Origin: Aulosira sp. ZfuVER01
GTDB lineage: Bacteria; Cyanobacteriota; Cyanobacteriia; Cyanobacteriales; Nostocaceae
Reading direction: 5' to 3'
Length of the DNA: 64,000 nucleotides
NCBI GenBank assembly: GCA_034530615.2
Contig: JAVRCV020000039.1
Coordinates: forward strand, 32,001-96,000
The first letter of the stretch is position 1. Each line of letters opens with the position of its first letter. Below are positions 60,013 through 64,000 of this stretch, one piece after another. The notes under the pieces were generated by a model that made no database searches, had not been told where the DNA came from, and worked only from the letters and a program-made list of their open reading frames with translations. A program made the position numbers and the translations under genes.

Positions 60013-60951
60013 TTAATAGTTATAGTATTCGGGCTTAATATCACGCAGCATTAATTCATCGAGAGCTTTTTGAGGAGTCAGTTCGCCTTGAAGTACACGA
60101 TAAACTTGCTCGCTAATGGGAACTGGAATATTTTGCTGTCTAGCTCGATGCACTAAGACTTGGCAAGTGTTGACTCCTTCAGCAGTTCCTTGTAGCTCGG
60201 CAAGAATTTCTGTTAGTGTCTTACCACTAGCTAGCCGATAACCAACTTGATAATTGCGACTTAAAGAACTGTTGCAAGTTGCTAGCAAATCCCCTAAACC
60301 GGATAAACCGTAAAATGTCTCTGTTTTCGCACCCCAGAAGTTACCAATGCGAACCATTTCTGTGAGTCCACGAGTGACTAAAGCAGCTTTAGCATTGGTT
60401 CCCAACTGTAAACCATCACATACACCAGCTGCGATCGCAATTACATTCTTGAGTGTTCCCCCTAGTTCCACTCCCACAGGATCGGGATTAGTATATACCC
60501 GAAACCGATTAGAAGAAAACACCAGCTGCACCGCTTCAGCAGCAGTAGTATTGCTACTAGCTACCACTGTTGCAGCTGGCAATTCCATCTCAATTTCTTT
60601 CGATAAATTCGGCCCGGAAAGGACAACTACCGCATGGTTAGGGAAAGCTGTTTGCCAAATTTGCGACGGCGTACAGGTAGTTTCTGGCTCTAAACCCTTC
60701 GTCGCCGTCACAAAAATTGTCTCTGAAGAAAGGGGGAAAGACTTGACTTGTGTCACCACATCTCTCACACCTTTCATCGAGATTGCAGATAAGATAATTT
60801 GGGCATCTTCTAACACTGCTTCGAGAGTAGCTGCTCCCCAACGCGACCAGACACGCACCTGATGACCATTAGCCGCAGCCAAATTTGCTAGTGCTGTACC
60901 CCAAGCACCTGCTCCTAAAATTGCTACAGATTGTGGATTGTCATTGGTCAT
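60013..60951 (-). CDS. gpsA: NAD(P)H-dependent glycerol-3-phosphate dehydrogenase
   Basis: GAGAWGTALA, ATKGLE, LSGPNL, GGTLKNVIAIAAG, GLGDL.ATC.S..SRN, AEG; the start lies within STRR repeats (ORF open to 60972). Confidence 0.95.
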   Translation of the reverse strand: MTNDNPQSVAILGAGAWGTALANLAAANGHQVRVWSRWGAATLEAVLEDAQIILSAISMKGVRDVVTQVKSFPLSSETIFVTATKGLEPETTCTPSQIWQTAFPNHAVVVLSGPNLSKEIEMELPAATVVASSNTTAAEAVQLVFSSNRFRVYTNPDPVGVELGGTLKNVIAIAAGVCDGLQLGTNAKAALVTRGLTEMVRIGNFWGAKTETFYGLSGLGDLLATCNSSLSRNYQVGYRLASGKTLTEILAELQGTAEGVNTCQVLVHRARQQNIPVPISEQVYRVLQGELTPQKALDELMLRDIKPEYYNY

Positions 60952-61030
60952 TGGGCATTTGTCATTGGTCATTTGTCATTTGTTATTCTCCGCGTCCCCG
61001 CGTCCCTGAGTCCCCCCGTCTCCTGATCTC
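60940..61030. repeat. STRR heptamers (TCATTGG/TCATTTG) and C-rich repeats
   Basis: gtcattggtcattgggcatttgtcattggtcatttgtcatttg. Confidence 0.85.
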
Positions 61031-61031
61031 C

Positions 61032-61910
61032 TCATCCTCGACTCCGGGGGTAACGTTGCATTAGCTCCCGCACTTGTTCGGCATGATATGAGCTTCTTGT
61101 CAATGGAGAAGAAACTACTTGCAGAAATCCCAGTTCATCACCGAAGGCTTGCCAAGCAGCAAATTGTTCTGGGGTGATAAAGTTATCTACTTTTAAGTGT
61201 TTTTGACTGGGTTGGAGGTATTGCCCAATTGTCAAAATATCGCAATCTACAGATCGCAAGTCTTGCATAACTTGACGAACTTCGGCATCAGTTTCACCCA
61301 GTCCAACCATAATCCCGGATTTAGTGTAGATCCAAGGAGCAATTTGACGCGATCGCAAAAGTAATTCCATTGTGCGATCGTAGTTACCTTGGGGACGCAC
61401 ACGGCGATATAGGCGGGGTATGGTTTCTGTATTGTGGTTTAATACTTCTGGTGCAGCTTGGATGATCATCTCCAGCGCATTCCAATTGCCGCACAAGTCA
61501 GGAATCAACACCTCAATTGTAGTTTTGGGTGAGACCGTGCGAATTGCTGCAATACAATGCTCAAACTGAGACGCACCACCATCCGGTAAATCATCTCGGT
61601 TTACAGAGGTAATCACTACATGATTGAGTTTCATGCGGCGAACAGCCTCCGCCAATCGTTCTGGTTCGGTGGGGTCTAAAGGCTTGGGCTTTTTCTCAAA
61701 ATCTATATCGCAATAGGGACAGGCACGGGTACAAGCTGGCCCCATAATCAAAAACGTGGCAGTACCAGCTTGAAAACACTCACCAATATTCGGACAGGAC
61801 GCTTCCTCACAAACCGTATTGAGCGCTAAATCCCGCAAAATTTCTTTAACGTTACCGACGCGCTCCCACTGAGGCGCTTTCACCCGCAACCAGTCTGGTT
61901 TAACAGTCAC
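61032..61910 (-). CDS. lipA: Lipoyl synthase
   Basis: [26 protein letters not shown]. Confidence 0.97.
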   Translation of the reverse strand: MTVKPDWLRVKAPQWERVGNVKEILRDLALNTVCEEASCPNIGECFQAGTATFLIMGPACTRACPYCDIDFEKKPKPLDPTEPERLAEAVRRMKLNHVVITSVNRDDLPDGGASQFEHCIAAIRTVSPKTTIEVLIPDLCGNWNALEMIIQAAPEVLNHNTETIPRLYRRVRPQGNYDRTMELLLRSRQIAPWIYTKSGIMVGLGETDAEVRQVMQDLRSVDCDILTIGQYLQPSQKHLKVDNFITPEQFAAWQAFGDELGFLQVVSSPLTRSSYHAEQVRELMQRYPRSRG

Positions 61911-62054
61911 AATCCGTTTTTCTTAATGAAGTTATACACATCTAATCCTAGCAAGCAACGCCCTGATAAAAGTAATCTATATATATAGATGTGAGATTAG
62001 TTTTGTACTTTATCATTAGTTGTGATATTTTGGATATATAGTGCCGTTTTTCGG

Positions 62055-62128
62055 CGGGATGTAGCGCAGCTTGGTAGCGCACTTCGTTCGGGACGAAGGG
62101 GCCGCTGGTTCGAATCCAGTCATCCCGA
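62055..62128 (+). tRNA. trnP: tRNA-Pro (anticodon CGG)
   Basis: CGGGATG/CATCCCG acceptor stem, CTTCG-TTCGGGA-CGAAG anticodon arm, GTTCGAATC T-loop; CCA not encoded. Confidence 0.97.
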
Positions 62129-62263
62129 TTGTTGTTGTCGATTAACTAATTATTTGTCCGTGGCGATGACTGCGGTGGGCAAGGCTGATGCTATGTAGCT
62201 TGGCAGAAGCTAAACGAGGAATATGCGATCGCATTTCTTGAGTTGATGGGAGAGAGTGCGATG

Positions 62264-62467
62264 TTAATCCACCACTTTAATCAATCCTCTTTGCAAAGCA
62301 TCAAAAACTCGGCTGATTTGCAACCTTTCTTGTTCGTTCAAATCTTCTTTAGATAGCAGTGCTGACATCAAAAGCTGCTGATCGTGGCGCGTAATTCTAC
62401 GAATAGCAAATATATGCTCTAAGACTGTTTCTAACTGCAATTGGGTTGAGTTGGCAGTAGTTAGCAT
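62264..62467 (-). CDS. Small conserved cyanobacterial hypothetical protein
   Basis: IFAIRRITR.DQ..LM..LL....L...E..QI.RVFDALQRGLIKVVD pattern. Confidence 0.7.
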   Translation of the reverse strand: MLTTANSTQLQLETVLEHIFAIRRITRHDQQLLMSALLSKEDLNEQERLQISRVFDALQRGLIKVVD

Positions 62468-62713
62468 ATTCTTTAATAAAACTTTGTCGATTAATATAAA
62501 TAACTCTTGTTAAAATAACAATTTTTGACAAAGCTTGACATTGGTAGCTACACGGAATCCCTACTTATCTGTCAAGCATTATGCAGAACGAATATTTTCA
62601 CAATTTATCCCACTAATGGCGACGCGATTCTGATTCCAGTTTCGCAGTCAGCCAATCTAACTTGATGTATTAGTGAACTCAGTACTTATCGGTATAAATT
62701 CTAATTCACATTC

Positions 62714-63088
62714 CTATTTCAGCACTTGATCCAAAAAGTCTCTAGCCGATTGTGCTTTAGCCAACGCTGTTTGATGGTCGCTATAAGCACGAACGAGGCG
62801 TAAAAGACCGCTGATACCAGACTTGAGTTGCTCAAGTTCTTCACCAGCAACCACTTCACCATCCAGCATTCGCCCGATCAAAGGTTTGATCTCACCCACT
62901 TCCTGGCGGGCTTTTTGTAGCTTTTCTAAGGCACTCAGTAAGCTTTTTAATGAGTTCAAAATCTCATCAATATCCTGAGTTACCTCAACTGGTTCCGCCG
63001 AATCTTGTACTGTCGTCGTATCTTGTTCTGTGGACAATTCCTGTGCAGATGCTTCCGTCGTTTTCACCTCGGTTGGCTTTGCCATCAA
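62714..63088 (-). CDS. Hypothetical coiled-coil protein
   Basis: 124-aa helical ORF, GAGG RBS upstream, TTG start. Confidence 0.65.
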   Translation of the reverse strand: MMAKPTEVKTTEASAQELSTEQDTTTVQDSAEPVEVTQDIDEILNSLKSLLSALEKLQKARQEVGEIKPLIGRMLDGEVVAGEELEQLKSGISGLLRLVRAYSDHQTALAKAQSARDFLDQVLK

Positions 63089-63148
63089 CGCTTCCTCAAG
63101 AAATTTTCCTTAGTTTATCGTTCTTCTCGCCAGTTGCCAAACTTGATT

Positions 63149-63244
63149 TTATCGTTTGTCAATCTTGCCATTAGAAAGCGTAGCTCCTTGGACATGGGCT
63201 TCTTGCAGGCTTTGTGGACTGAGATTCGCTCCTTGAAGGTTGGC
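63149..63244 (-). pseudogene. Pentapeptide-repeat C-terminal remnant
   Basis: ANLQGANLSPQSLQEAHVQGATLSNGKIDKR* starting right after the Rieske gene stop, with no obvious start of its own. Confidence 0.55.
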
Positions 63245-63245
63245 G

Positions 63246-64000
63246 TTACTCCCTCTCAATCTGGGTTCTCATCAGCTTTTGTACGCTCACTAAAGCTCGA
63301 TTTAATTCATAATTCCGCGTATCTGGATTTTGTAAATACGCCTGCTGTTCTTCTTCAATCATTTGTACATCTTGAATGACTAACCCATCAAGTAGCTTCT
63401 GGGCTGCACCAAATAAACTATCTTTAACAAAGCGGCGAAACCACACAGGTAATTTGTGTAATCGCCAAAATGCATTTAATGATGTGAAATGTATTAAATA
63501 AGCTTTTGTCTGCGTTTCATTAATTGGACAAAGCAGACAGTAAATTTTAAAATCTTGTCCCAATTTTGATGCCCAATGGGGATAAATATAACTTACATCC
63601 AAAGGTTCAGGATGTAACCGTCGCAAAGCCGGAAAAAATAACTGGGATATCGACCAAATTTTATCGATTTTATAATAACTTTGGGCTGTGTAATGGGCAT
63701 CTACGCGATTAGCATCTTCATCGATATCTTGTAAAGCTGCTTCTGCCCAAGCTTGCAAATCCTGATGTAAATGTCCGTGATACATATCCATCAGATTTTC
63801 AATTAAATAAGAATAATGAGCCTGACAATTAATCACTGAAACTGTGGCAATGTAATTGAGATGTTCCCACTCTGGTAAACCCAGGGGTTCTATAGCTGGT
63901 GCTTCATCTCCAGGAAATAGCCAGATAAAACCGTCTTGTTCTTTGACTGGGTAGGATTTAATTTTACAACTTGGTAGTTTCTGATTTTCTGCTAGATAGG
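63246..64000 (-). CDS. Rieske non-heme oxygenase alpha subunit (5' end outside the window)
   Basis: YPVKEQDGFIW.FPG, ENLMDMYHGHLH iron-binding motif, QDVQMIE. Confidence 0.88.
   Translation of the reverse strand, partial: YLAENQKLPSCKIKSYPVKEQDGFIWLFPGDEAPAIEPLGLPEWEHLNYIATVSVINCQAHYSYLIENLMDMYHGHLHQDLQAWAEAALQDIDEDANRVDAHYTAQSYYKIDKIWSISQLFFPALRRLHPEPLDVSYIYPHWASKLGQDFKIYCLLCPINETQTKAYLIHFTSLNAFWRLHKLPVWFRRFVKDSLFGAAQKLLDGLVIQDVQMIEEEQQAYLQNPDTRNYELNRALVSVQKLMRTQIERE

Larger units (their letters stand above)
2165..62232. repeat. HIP1 octamer GCGATCGC dispersed throughout
   Basis: Dozens of copies, e.g. 2165, 8238 and 62225. Confidence 0.95.

Noticed and set aside
60347..60862. Long antisense ORFs (also 55499-55924, 6278-6685, 32941-33321 and similar)
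   Set aside because: Shadow frames of well-supported genes on the opposite strand
62055..62260. tRNA-Pro as an integration site
   Set aside because: No integrase nearby and no duplicated tRNA 3' end seen
1..64000. CRISPR array
   Set aside because: Repeats are 6-9-mer tandem arrays or dispersed elements; none show constant repeats with unique ~35-bp spacers, and no cas genes are present

Overview
64-kb chromosomal window from a filamentous, probably heterocyst-forming cyanobacterium (Nostocales-like), judged from dense HIP1 GCGATCGC octamers, STRR tandem repeats and genes such as ebsA, mgdA, ccmS and hepA/hepC-like. Housekeeping genes: yajQ, ebsA, mgdA, dnaX, comB-like, purT, ABC-F, prohibitin, ccmS, Tab2-like, gpsA, lipA and tRNA-Pro(CGG). 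Accessory blocks: (1) a TPR-CHAT protease preceded by a paralogue consisting only of its N-terminal domain; (2) a split galactose/galactofuranose gene set (GH2-galT; GT-glf fusion; GH1-RmlD fusion) flanking a MarR/GNAT cassette and an hflX / isoaspartyl peptidase / ATP-grasp ligase run; (3) three tandem vWA genes plus an Slr1339-like gene; (4) a divergent HepA/HepC-like exopolysaccharide cluster whose priming transferase looks catalytically degenerate; (5) a small toxin-antitoxin patch with a decayed HigBA-like pair. Small mobile repeats are common, including three copies of a CTAG-bounded ~100-bp element. No CRISPR array, rRNA or intact transposase was seen. All family calls come from motif recognition by eye, not from database searches.
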